A stretch of 26,340 nucleotides of DNA from Archangiaceae bacterium (GTDB taxonomy: Bacteria; Myxococcota; Myxococcia; Myxococcales; Myxococcaceae), in contig JAYVCD010000316.1 in NCBI GenBank assembly GCA_043750125.1, positions 1-26,340 of the forward strand. The letters run 5' to 3'. Below the pieces are notes generated by a model. It did no database searches. It worked only from the letters and a program-made list of their open reading frames with translations, and was not told the DNA's origin. The translations under genes and the position numbers were made by a program. Shown here piece after piece: positions 1 to 8,312 of this stretch; positions within the stretch are counted from its first letter, which is position 1; every line of letters starts with the position of its first letter.

Positions 1-285
1 CGGCCTCTTCGGCGCGATCCGGCAACGACGGCCGATTCTGGTCCAGCTTCCTGGATTACCCTCCGCCATCAATGGCGCCTTCCCAAATGCGCGGCGCTCA
101 ATAGCAGGACCCGGGCGTTCAACAGACCAACGCGAGAAGTGCCGCGGACGCAGTTCGTCGAATTCACCCTCCCGCACCGAGTCCGGGCCAACCGAAGGCA
201 AGGCCTCCGGCCGACTGCCAGCGGCCACCCAAAGGTTGCGCGATTCAACGCACCAGAAAATGGGAGCTGCCGATAACCTCTGTCC

Positions 286-1305
286 ATGCCTCCCCCCATT
301 GGCAGCGCCCCGCTCAAGCCGATCGTCGTCCCCAAACCGGTCACTTCGCTTCCGCCCGTAGCAACGGCCAGGCCGGTCGTGGTTCCCCCGCTGGACAAGT
401 TCGAGGCCAAGCCGCTGACCCCGGCGCAGAAGCTCGAACAGGTCGAGAAGGACCTGACGCCCACGTTCACCGTGAAGGTCGACGGGAAGGACGTGACGAC
501 CAGCGTACCGGCTCCTTTCCGGATGAATGGAGGCAACGGCCAGCCGACTCCCGAGAAGGCCCAGACCCTGATGACGACGGCGATTCAAAAGGGAAAGGCG
601 TGGCCGAAATCGAAGGCAGACCAGGCGGCCTTGAGCACGGCCATCAATCGCAACGCGTACGGAAGGGCGACTCCCGCACAGCTGAAGCTCGTCACCCAGA
701 AGCTGATTGAGGCGGGCGCGCTGAAGCCGTACCTCGACGACGTGAAGACCGGAAAGGGCGGAGCCGCACTGGGTCCGGACGATCTGAAGGTCGCGATTCG
801 ACGGATGCAGTGGGACCACGGGGTGGGCGTGGACTGCAACGGCGTCTGTCAGATTGGCGCGAACGCGGTGAACGGGAAGCCGCCCACCGAGAAGTGGGGC
901 GACGCGTTGATTCCGACCGGAAAAAATGGCGCCAGCCTCAACCCGAAGTTCAAGAAGATCGACGTTCAGGAAGCGAAGCCGGGCGACATCGTGGTGCTCG
1001 ACGACGTGACCGGCGACGTGGGCCACAACGTGATCATCACCGACGCGAAGACCGTCTTGGCCGACGATGCGAAGAAGCTGAACGGCGCTCCTCGCCCGAC
1101 CGGCCCGCTCAAGCAGATGACGGTGCTCTCGTCCTGGGGCGCGGACGGAAATAAGGACGACACGTCCGGGGGTCTGAACAAGCAGACCTGGGTCTACGAT
1201 CAGGGCTCGAAGAAGTGGGGCACGCTGAACGGAAACAAGGTCGAGTGGAGCAAGCAAGACGGCCCGTACGAGCACAAGTTCGTCGGCGTCTACCGCGCCA
1301 AGTAG
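286..1305 (+). CDS. Hypothetical protein with C-terminal NlpC/P60-like (papain-fold) Cys-His domain and Pro-rich N-terminus
   Basis: 339-aa ORF with GC3-rich codons. Motifs GVDCNG, PGDIVVL and GHNVII match the NlpC/P60 pattern GxDCSG / PGDLV / GHVGI. No obvious signal peptide. Confidence 0.6.
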   Translation: MPPPIGSAPLKPIVVPKPVTSLPPVATARPVVVPPLDKFEAKPLTPAQKLEQVEKDLTPTFTVKVDGKDVTTSVPAPFRMNGGNGQPTPEKAQTLMTTAIQKGKAWPKSKADQAALSTAINRNAYGRATPAQLKLVTQKLIEAGALKPYLDDVKTGKGGAALGPDDLKVAIRRMQWDHGVGVDCNGVCQIGANAVNGKPPTEKWGDALIPTGKNGASLNPKFKKIDVQEAKPGDIVVLDDVTGDVGHNVIITDAKTVLADDAKKLNGAPRPTGPLKQMTVLSSWGADGNKDDTSGGLNKQTWVYDQGSKKWGTLNGNKVEWSKQDGPYEHKFVGVYRAK

Positions 1306-1330
1306 CGTTGCCAGCAAGTGCACCGCGGCT

Positions 1331-2150
1331 GTGTCCGTCACGGATTCTGCTTGCCCGAACTGTGGGGCGGCGATCTCGTTTGATCCCAGAACCCCGAAGC
1401 CTTCGTCCAGCGCGAGCAAGCGGGTCCTCGAAGAGAAGTGGAAAATCCTCGAGAAGCTCGCCCAGAGAGGAATGGCGACGGTCTACCTCGCCAAGGACCT
1501 CGCGCTGGGGCGGGTTGATGGCCCAGCTCGAGCACCCCAATCTTTTGCCGGTCTACTCGGGGGGCCGCACCGCCAACGTGCCCTTCATCGTGATGAAGTA
1601 CCTCGACGGCCAGACGCTGGGCGACTGCCTGCAGGAAGCAGGGCGGCTGTAGATGGTGCGGGTGGTGTCGATCTTGAAACAGATCTGCGCGGGCCTGACC
1701 GCCCTGCACGAAAGGTCGTTCGTCCACCGCGATCTCAAGCCGAGCAACATCTTCCTCGGGCCCGACGGGCTGGTCACGCTGCTGGATTTCGAAGTCGCGC
1801 GAGATCCCACCAATCACCTGACCCAGATCGGAATGCTGATCGGCACTCCCCGGTACATGTCGCCCGAACAGATCCGCGGAAAAGCGGATTTGGATTACCG
1901 CGCGTTGTTCGCCGCGATGGAGGCCGCCAGAGGGGGCGATTGGACTTTGGCCCCGCCGCCGCGAGAAGCAAGCGAGTATCCGCTGACCCTCGACGAACGA
2001 GCCGGCCTCTTCAAGGGCATCCCGCCCGCGACTTTGCTCGAGCCGCTCACTGCGTTGATGCCCACCTCGCCCGAGCCGGGGCTTGCGACCGCCGACCCCA
2101 AAGCGCCCACCCCCTCGAGCGACAAGCGCTCTTGGCCTCCGCGTGCTCCG
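1331..2150 (+). pseudogene. Hanks-type Ser/Thr protein kinase relic (end approximate)
   Basis: CPNCG zinc ribbon and degenerate Gly loop (LAQRGMATVY). Frameshift/deletion at ~1514 removes the VAIK/helix-C region. In-frame TAG at 1650-1652. HRDLKPSN and GTPRYMSPEQ remain, DFG reads DFE, and subdomains IX-XI are missing after ADLDYR. Confidence 0.85.
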
Positions 2151-2659
2151 AGTGACAGTTGGTACAGGTCGACCTGGTACAGCGTGGGGGTCCCGACCGA
2201 GGGTGCGTCCCAGGAGATGTTGGGGGTCAACCCGACCGACGCCTGGTTCACGAAAGCGTTGAGCCCGTTGATCCGCGGGTTGAGCACCGGGGTCACCAGG
2301 GGTGTCACCGGAGCACTGGTGAAGCTCGTCTGGGCGAGCTGTCGGGCCGGGACGTCGGCGAATGCGCCGGACAGCAACGAGTTGAGTCCGTTGGTCATGC
2401 TGAACGGGCCGGGGCTGAGGACCTTACCCAGCGTGAGCTGCCGCGGCGAATCGAACGGGCTTGTGGGCTCGAGCCTCAAGATCACAGAGGCCCGCCCGAC
2501 GTTCATCAACTGCATCGATCGCCGGCCGGCGCTGTCGAGCCAGGTGTCGCCGAAGTCGAGGGTCCTCGGCTCAGCGCGAAGGCTGCCTTCCGCCGAGACG
2601 AGGCTCGCGTCGTGGCAGGCACAAAGGACCCACAGCATAGAGATGACGAGATGGCGCAA
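1895..2659 (-). pseudogene. Mosaic lipoprotein/surface-protein relic (Ig-like choice-of-anchor-D-type start joined to a FN3-like fragment)
   Basis: TTG at 2659 with GGGAG upstream. MRHLVISMLWVLCAC resembles a lipoprotein signal, followed by EPRTLDFGDT...QLMNVGRA. It then switches abruptly to ...VGLTPNISWDAPSVGTPTLYQVDLYQL. Below ~2150 the frame is antisense to the kinase relic. Confidence 0.5.
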
Positions 2660-2959
2660 CCCTGCTCCCCGGCCGACCCGCTGCCGCCCGGACGTTACCA
2701 CCGCCGTCCCCATCGACGACCCGGGTCGCCTTTGCCGCAGCGCCGCCAATGGTGATCCCGGGCGAGTGGTACCGGGGCGCGCTCGCGCAGAAAGTCACTG
2801 CGCTCGAGGTCTCGGCGCGCAGCTCTGCATCAGGATCGCGGGGGACGCGAGCGTCGTCGGCAGTTTCATCGACCAGAACGACGGAGATTCTGAGCCGACC
2901 GCGACGATTCGCGGCTCGCCGCAACTGCGCAGACCGTGAACCACGCCAACTGCGAATAA

Positions 2960-3772
2960 TCATGGGGCGCTTTCGGTGCGCGGTGCTTCGCCGTCGAAGA
3001 TCACTCCGACCCGGTTGACGACCCTGGCGAACGGCGGCATCTGGAGCTCGGCGACCGTCATCCGGGTGACGACGAGGTTCGGATTCTGGCGAGCGTCGTG
3101 GTTCGGCGGCAGTGACTCGATCTCAGCGGCAACGAACGGACGCTCGATCGCTTCACGGCGCAAGAAGGTGCCCCGCTTGAAAAAAGGCGGGTAGTCGTTC
3201 CAGTTGATTCCCTTCTTGAAGAGCAGCTCGTGCATCTGCGAGTTGGTGCGATCGACGACTTCCGCGTGCGGGTAGTACGCGCGGGTCGCCATGCTCACCG
3301 AGTTCTTGGTCGCATCGAGCTCACGCCACAAAAAGACGTTGGCCGCTTCGTCTCGGGTAGGAACGGCCCAGACGCGGCAGTCGAAGAGCGCCGAGATGCC
3401 GGCCTTTTCAGGAATCGCAGCCACGAGGTGGGCATTGAAATAGGCCGTGGTCATCGAGGCGAGAATCGACGTGAGCTTTTGCACCCGGCTGTCGAGGAAA
3501 GGCGTCGCTTTGGGCGCGTCGTCGTACCAGGTGAGACTGATCTCGTCGGACTGGGTGTAGCCGACGAGCGCGGCCGTCTCTTCGACCAGGTGCTTGGTGG
3601 TGTCGACCATCAGCTGAGAGAGGCGGCGATCGAAAGGCCGGGCGAGCCCTTCGGTGAACCGGGAGAAGCGTTTCCCGTCAATGCGCGCGCAAATGGGCAG
3701 CCGGGGCATGAGCCGATGGCCGGCCTCGGCCATCTCGTACGCTTTCATCCGGTTGCCCAGGTCATCCTTCAT
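2960..3772 (-). CDS. thg1: tRNA(His) guanylyltransferase Thg1-like protein (TLP, 3'-5' polymerase)
   Basis: Motifs RMKAYE, ARIDGKRFSRFT, GYTQSDEISL, FDCRVW and GINWNDYP..FKRG. ATG at 3772 preceded by AAGGGAG. 270 aa. Confidence 0.92.
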   Translation of the reverse strand: MKDDLGNRMKAYEMAEAGHRLMPRLPICARIDGKRFSRFTEGLARPFDRRLSQLMVDTTKHLVEETAALVGYTQSDEISLTWYDDAPKATPFLDSRVQKLTSILASMTTAYFNAHLVAAIPEKAGISALFDCRVWAVPTRDEAANVFLWRELDATKNSVSMATRAYYPHAEVVDRTNSQMHELLFKKGINWNDYPPFFKRGTFLRREAIERPFVAAEIESLPPNHDARQNPNLVVTRMTVAELQMPPFARVVNRVGVIFDGEAPRTESAP

Positions 3773-3821
3773 GCTGCGGTGCTCCCTTGTGGGTCGGTTG
3801 GCTAGTATCACGCCGGCACTG

Positions 3822-4310
3822 GTGCAACCTCGTGACGCCCCTGACCGCGTCTTCCTCGACGCCAACGTTCTCTTCTCGGCAGCGCTGGGAGGCGAGAGCT
3901 TTTCAATGCTGTGGGACGCGAGGCGGCGGGGCCTGGTCACCTTCTGCACCAGTCCGCAGTGCATCGATGAGGCGCGGCGCAACATCGTGCGAAAGCGACC
4001 GGAAGCCACCGCGCGGCTCGAGGCCAGTCTGGTCGACGTGGACGTGGTGCCGGCGCCGGTGGCCCTGGTCGCCTGGGCGGCAGAAAAGCTTCCCGAAGAT
4101 GACGCCTGGGTTCTCGCTTCGGCCGTCGAGGCGAAGGTCGAGATTCTCCTGACCGGCAACACCAGGCACTTCGGTTGGATGATGACCCGCTCGGACTTAC
4201 CGATTCGCGTTCACACCCTTCGCGCCTATCTGGATCAACTGGTGGCGGTGGGGCGGCTGTCGCCCGAGGTCCGTACCACGATCGGGGTATTGCCCCGGAC
4301 AGTCGCCTGA
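3822..4310 (+). CDS. PIN domain protein (putative ribonuclease/TA-type toxin, PIN_3-like); start uncertain
   Basis: RVFLDANVLFSA, IDEARRN, EDDAWVLASA and LLTGNTRHF provide the acidic PIN active-site pattern. Confidence 0.82.
   Translation: MQPRDAPDRVFLDANVLFSAALGGESFSMLWDARRRGLVTFCTSPQCIDEARRNIVRKRPEATARLEASLVDVDVVPAPVALVAWAAEKLPEDDAWVLASAVEAKVEILLTGNTRHFGWMMTRSDLPIRVHTLRAYLDQLVAVGRLSPEVRTTIGVLPRTVA
4274..4289. promoter_or_regulatory. 7-2-7 inverted-repeat operator, copy 1 (TACCACG-AT-CGGGGTA), upstream of the O-methyltransferase
   Basis: 15/16 identical to the site at 6191-6206. Followed by TTGCCC (4290) and a candidate -10 CACGGT (4314-4319) 6 nt before ATG 4326. Confidence 0.7.
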
Positions 4311-4325
4311 CCGCACGGTGCGGCC

Positions 4326-5366
4326 ATGCTCAAGCCTTCGCGCCAGACTCCTTTCACCGGTGAGGCCCCCGTCGTCGACGATCGCCTTCTCTGGACTTTG
4401 TGGCTTTCGCCGACCTGGTTGCCGAGCGTCACCGCCGCCGACGAGCTGGGGCTGTTCGATTGTCTGGCCGAGAAAAAAGCGGCCACCGCTGAAGAGCTCG
4501 CCGCGGCGCTCGAGCTTGCGCCCCGTGCGATTCGCGCGTTGCTCGGCCTGCTGACTTCCCTCGGGCTGCTGAAGCAGTGCGCCGGCTCATTCGCGTTGAC
4601 CGAGTCGGCCCGGGCGTACCTCGTTTCCTCGAGCCCCTTCTATTGGGGCCCCGCCCTCGTTCCCCACAAAGTGGTTCCGATGTCTCACACCCAGATCCTC
4701 GAGGCGCTGCGGCGCGATAAGCCCGGCGCTTCGACCGACGCTGCCGCGATGTGGAAGGCGCCCGATTCGAACGTGTTGCGAATGTTCACCGCGGTGATGC
4801 ACGCGCATTCGCTGCCGACCGCCAGCGCGCTGGCCCGCAACCAAGCGTTCGTCGGCCTGCGGCGACTGCTCGATGTCGGAGGAGGCTCGGGCGCCTACTC
4901 GGTGTCCTTTGCGCTTCGCCACCCCGAGCTTGCGTGCACCGTGCTCGAGCTCCCCCAGATGACGGCCATCACCGACGAATACCTCGCCGCCACCCCCACC
5001 GGCGGCCGCGTGAAGTCGCACCCGGCCGACATGTTCAACGATGTCTGGCCGGGCGGCCATGACGGGGTCTTCTTCAACGACGTGTTTCACGACTGGCCGC
5101 TGCCGCAATGCCGGGCCCTCGCGGGCAAAGCCTTCGACGCGTTGCCCAGCGGAGGCTCGGTCTTCCTTCACGAGATGCTGCTCGACGAAGGGCTCGACGG
5201 CCCCCTGCCCGCCGCCGCCTATTCGATGATGATGCTCGTCGCTACCCCCGGGCGGCAGCTGTCGGGCAAAGAAGCCCTCGCCATTCTGGCCCAGGCCGGC
5301 TTCATCAACACCCGAATCACCCCCACCGTCGGGCACTACGCTTTGGTGTCGGGCCGAAAACCCTGA
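4326..5366 (+). CDS. SAM-dependent small-molecule O-methyltransferase (Methyltransf_2 with N-terminal dimerisation domain)
   Basis: N-terminal ELGLFDCL..ATAEELAAAL helix-turn-helix dimerisation domain. SAM motif LLDVGGGSG, plus ADMF and DVFHDW. 346 aa. Confidence 0.88.
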   Translation: MLKPSRQTPFTGEAPVVDDRLLWTLWLSPTWLPSVTAADELGLFDCLAEKKAATAEELAAALELAPRAIRALLGLLTSLGLLKQCAGSFALTESARAYLVSSSPFYWGPALVPHKVVPMSHTQILEALRRDKPGASTDAAAMWKAPDSNVLRMFTAVMHAHSLPTASALARNQAFVGLRRLLDVGGGSGAYSVSFALRHPELACTVLELPQMTAITDEYLAATPTGGRVKSHPADMFNDVWPGGHDGVFFNDVFHDWPLPQCRALAGKAFDALPSGGSVFLHEMLLDEGLDGPLPAAAYSMMMLVATPGRQLSGKEALAILAQAGFINTRITPTVGHYALVSGRKP

Positions 5367-6157
5367 ACCAGGTCAGCCTCCGAGGTCACCAGCGTGGCTC
5401 TGCCCGTGGCGCCGAACCGCGCGGCGAGCTCGACCCGGGAATGCACCCCCAGCCGCCTGAAGATTTTCTTCAGGTGCGAGCCAATCGTCGTTTCCGACAG
5501 CTCCAGCCGCTGAGCGACGTTGTTGTCACTCAACCCCAGCATCACCAGCCGAACAATCTGTCGTTCCCGCGCGCTCAAGGCCTTGAGCGCTTCTTGCTGC
5601 GGCATCATTGGGCGAAATCCGCACGCCTCTGCGAGCGCAATCGCTCCGCGCAGGGTGTCAGACGCGTATTCCGCCACTCCTTTGAGTGGGACGGCATGAC
5701 GGCTCATCGCCTCTTCCGTCGAGCAGCCCAGGCCAATCGAAATCCACCCGATCGGACCCTGCGCCGTGCCTTTGAGAAAAACGTGCAGCAGCGAGTGGAT
5801 TCCATTGGGCGTGAACAGCGTCCGCTTCAGCTCGATGTTCACCTGCTGAGCCGCGGACAGCTCCAACGGCGCGTACACTTCATCGCTCGGCACCCGCGCG
5901 CTCATCCCGTCGGAGGTCTTTTCAATGCGAGGCAGAAATCGCACGAAGAGCTGCTCGGTCAACGCACGGTGGCTCTCGGGTGAAGTCCCCGCCTGGGCCG
6001 CCAGCGAATCGCCGGGAGGGCAGGTCGCGACCGTCACGTATTGAGCGTCGGATGCCCGCCGCACCGCATCGGCCAGCTGCGATCGCCACTCGGCGGCATC
6101 CATCAGCTTCTGGGCCGCGACTTCGGCCACTCGCCACCACGTCAGAGGCTCAATCAA
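5336..6157 (-). CDS. LuxR-family transcriptional regulator with N-terminal non-REC (GAF/autoinducer-binding-like) domain
   Basis: C-terminal LSARERQIVRLVMLGLSDNNVAQRLELSETTIGSHLKKIFRRLGVHSRVEL is a LuxR HTH. The ~190-aa N-terminus lacks receiver motifs. TTG start is uncertain. Confidence 0.88.
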   Translation of the reverse strand: MIEPLTWWRVAEVAAQKLMDAAEWRSQLADAVRRASDAQYVTVATCPPGDSLAAQAGTSPESHRALTEQLFVRFLPRIEKTSDGMSARVPSDEVYAPLELSAAQQVNIELKRTLFTPNGIHSLLHVFLKGTAQGPIGWISIGLGCSTEEAMSRHAVPLKGVAEYASDTLRGAIALAEACGFRPMMPQQEALKALSARERQIVRLVMLGLSDNNVAQRLELSETTIGSHLKKIFRRLGVHSRVELAARFGATGRATLVTSEADLVQGFRPDTKA

Positions 6158-6190
6158 GATTGGTCAATGCTCACGCGCGCTTAGAACAGA

Positions 6191-6206
6191 TACCACGTTC
6201 GGGGTA
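6191..6206. promoter_or_regulatory. 7-2-7 inverted-repeat operator, copy 2 (TACCACG-TT-CGGGGTA), in the luxR/cheA divergent intergenic region
   Basis: Imperfect palindrome extended by a flanking A/T pair. Candidate -10 CAAATT at 6231-6236 has the same spacing as in copy 1. Confidence 0.72.
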
Positions 6207-6261
6207 TTTCGCCACAGAGGCGGTTCTCCCCAAATTCTCGGTGTCCGCCCCGGCGGATACC

Positions 6262-7785
6262 ATGAGCTTTGACGAACTGGCTGCCGATTTTGCGCATGAA
6301 GCACTGAGGTTGATCGCCACGCTCGAAGCGGCGCTGCTCCGGCTGGAATCGTTGGAAGCCCCCGAGGGAGCCGCCGAACAGCTCGAAGCGCTTCGGGTGC
6401 TGCACACCCTCAAGGGCAACTCAGGGCTGCTCGGCGCCGAGCTGCTGAGCACCACCTTGCATCGGCTCGAGACCTTGATCGAGACCGGCCGCAGCCAGGT
6501 CCCGGTGCTGCTGGACTCGATCGGTGCGATCCGCCACGAGGTTCGCCGCATCGCTTCGGGCGGCCCCGCGAGCCAGCCGTCGGCCGAGCTGATCGCTTTG
6601 GACCTGGCGCTCGCGACCGGAAAGGTCAGCCCGACGACTTCCGTCGCCTTCGATCTTTCGCCCGAAGTGACCGTGCCCCAGCATCGCCTCGACGCGCTGG
6701 TCGCCGCCGCCGGAGATCTGATCATCCACAACGCGCAGTTGCAGCGGGGCATCTCGCGCGGAGCGTCGCTGGCTCAAATCTACGAACGGGCCGACCGGTT
6801 CGATTCGGCGGTGAAGTTGATGCACGGCCTGGTGTTGACGGTGCGCACCGTGCCCGTCGGCCAGCTGCTCTCGAAGTGCGAACGGCTGGTGCGCGACGAA
6901 GCGCGCCGCCAGAACAAGCAGGTGCAGTTGGTGCTCGACGGAGAGACCACCGAGGCCGACAAGGCCGTGCTCGACCTGATCGCCGGGGTGCTTTCCCATC
7001 TGGTTCGAAATGCAATCGTCCACGGCCTCGAGTCACCCGACGAACGGGTCGCCGCCGGAAAATCACCCGAAGGGCGGCTCACCCTTTCGGCCCACTCGGC
7101 CGGCGATCGCGTTCTCCTGTTCGTCGAGGATGACGGGCGGGGGCTCGACCGGGAAGCGATCGCCGCGCGGGCGACCTCGATGGGGCTCGACCCGCTCAAC
7201 GACGCCGAAGAGCTGATCTTCGAGCCCCGCCTGTCGACCGCCCACCTCACCGAGGCTGCCGGTCGCGGAGTGGGGCTCGATGCAGTGCGCCGCACGGTCC
7301 TCTCGATTGGAGGCACCGTCGGAGTCTGGAGTCTGCCCGGCCTGGGCACCCGCATCACCCTCACGCTTCCGAGCAGCATCGCGGTGCAGCGGGCGGTGCT
7401 GTGCGAAATTTCGGGCGAGACGTTCGCACTGCCGCTGACCGCGATCCTCGAGACGGTTCGCCTCGACCGCACCCGAATTCGCTGGCTCGGGCGCGGCCGA
7501 GCCCTCGAACACCGCGGGGCCCTGGTGCCTTTGATCGACACCTGCGCTGAGCTCGGCGCGAGCAAGGACACCGCGGCGTATGCGGTCTTCTTGAGCTCGA
7601 CCAGCGTGGCCGCTTTGCCGGTCGACGCGCTGCTCGATCAGCAGGACTTCGTCTTTCACTCGCTCGAAAAACGCATCGCCGGCAACGCTCCCATCTCGGG
7701 CGCCGCGCTGCTTTCCGACGGCCGGGTCGTCTTGCGGCTCAACCCCGAGCCCCTCGTTCACTCTGCCTCGCAGGCGCGGGCATGA
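6262..7785 (+). CDS. cheA: Chemotaxis histidine kinase CheA (Hpt, dimerisation, HATPase, CheW; no P2, no REC)
   Basis: LHTLKGNS (Hpt His), HLVRNAIVHG (N box), EDDGRG (G1), GRGVGLDAV (G2), and a C-terminal CheW-like domain. ATG at 6262. Confidence 0.93.
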   Translation: MSFDELAADFAHEALRLIATLEAALLRLESLEAPEGAAEQLEALRVLHTLKGNSGLLGAELLSTTLHRLETLIETGRSQVPVLLDSIGAIRHEVRRIASGGPASQPSAELIALDLALATGKVSPTTSVAFDLSPEVTVPQHRLDALVAAAGDLIIHNAQLQRGISRGASLAQIYERADRFDSAVKLMHGLVLTVRTVPVGQLLSKCERLVRDEARRQNKQVQLVLDGETTEADKAVLDLIAGVLSHLVRNAIVHGLESPDERVAAGKSPEGRLTLSAHSAGDRVLLFVEDDGRGLDREAIAARATSMGLDPLNDAEELIFEPRLSTAHLTEAAGRGVGLDAVRRTVLSIGGTVGVWSLPGLGTRITLTLPSSIAVQRAVLCEISGETFALPLTAILETVRLDRTRIRWLGRGRALEHRGALVPLIDTCAELGASKDTAAYAVFLSSTSVAALPVDALLDQQDFVFHSLEKRIAGNAPISGAALLSDGRVVLRLNPEPLVHSASQARA

Positions 7786-8312
7786 ACGACCTGGCCAGTG
7801 ATCCCAAACGGCTGGTGCGCTTCGTCGAAGGCACCGCCTCGCTCGCGCACGCCCCCCGCGTGGCCCCCGAAGAGACGCGTTGCCTGGTCGCGTTCGGTCT
7901 GGCCGACGAGCTGTTCGCGCTGCCAGTCACCACCGTGCGCGAGGTCGTCCGGGTGGTTCACCTGACCCGCATTCCCCAAGCGCCCGAGCACGTGCGCGGG
8001 GTTCAGGGGCTTCGGGGCCTGGTGTTGCCGGTGCTCGAGGTCCGCACCCGGCTGGGCCTGCCCCCGCTGGTAATCACCGCCGCTTCGCGAATCATCGTCG
8101 TCGAGGCCTGGAACCGGCTGATCGGCCTGCTCGTCGACTCGGTGCAGCGGGTGGTGCGGCTTCCGGTGTCCCTGATTCAGCCGCCTCCGCGCGACATCGT
8201 CGGGCGACTGTCCGGCCACGTCAGCGCCGTCGCCGACACCGGGTGGGGAACCGCGCTGGTGCTCGATGTCGATCAACTGCTTCTTCTTTCCCAGCTTCCC
8301 GAGAGTCCATGA
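7782..8312 (+). CDS. cheW: Chemotaxis coupling protein CheW
   Basis: [48 protein letters not shown] overlap with cheA. Confidence 0.92.
   Translation: MNDLASDPKRLVRFVEGTASLAHAPRVAPEETRCLVAFGLADELFALPVTTVREVVRVVHLTRIPQAPEHVRGVQGLRGLVLPVLEVRTRLGLPPLVITAASRIIVVEAWNRLIGLLVDSVQRVVRLPVSLIQPPPRDIVGRLSGHVSAVADTGWGTALVLDVDQLLLLSQLPESP

Noticed and set aside
1-285. Gene end or start at the left edge
   Set aside because: Several short open frames, none with recognisable features.
1653-2939. 428-aa ORF as an intact protein kinase
   Set aside because: Lacks the N-lobe and subdomains IX-XI; its distal two-thirds is largely the antisense of another relic.
3773-4162. 130-aa N-terminal extension of Thg1 in the ORF track
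   Set aside because: It is the antisense of the PIN gene; an SD and family-typical start lie at 3772.
5980-6261. Longer CheA start, and similar extensions for MCP (7880), CheB (10299), SnoaL (11093) and the diiron protein (15848)
   Set aside because: They overlap neighbouring genes with non-homologous sequence; coupled or SD-supported internal starts fit better.
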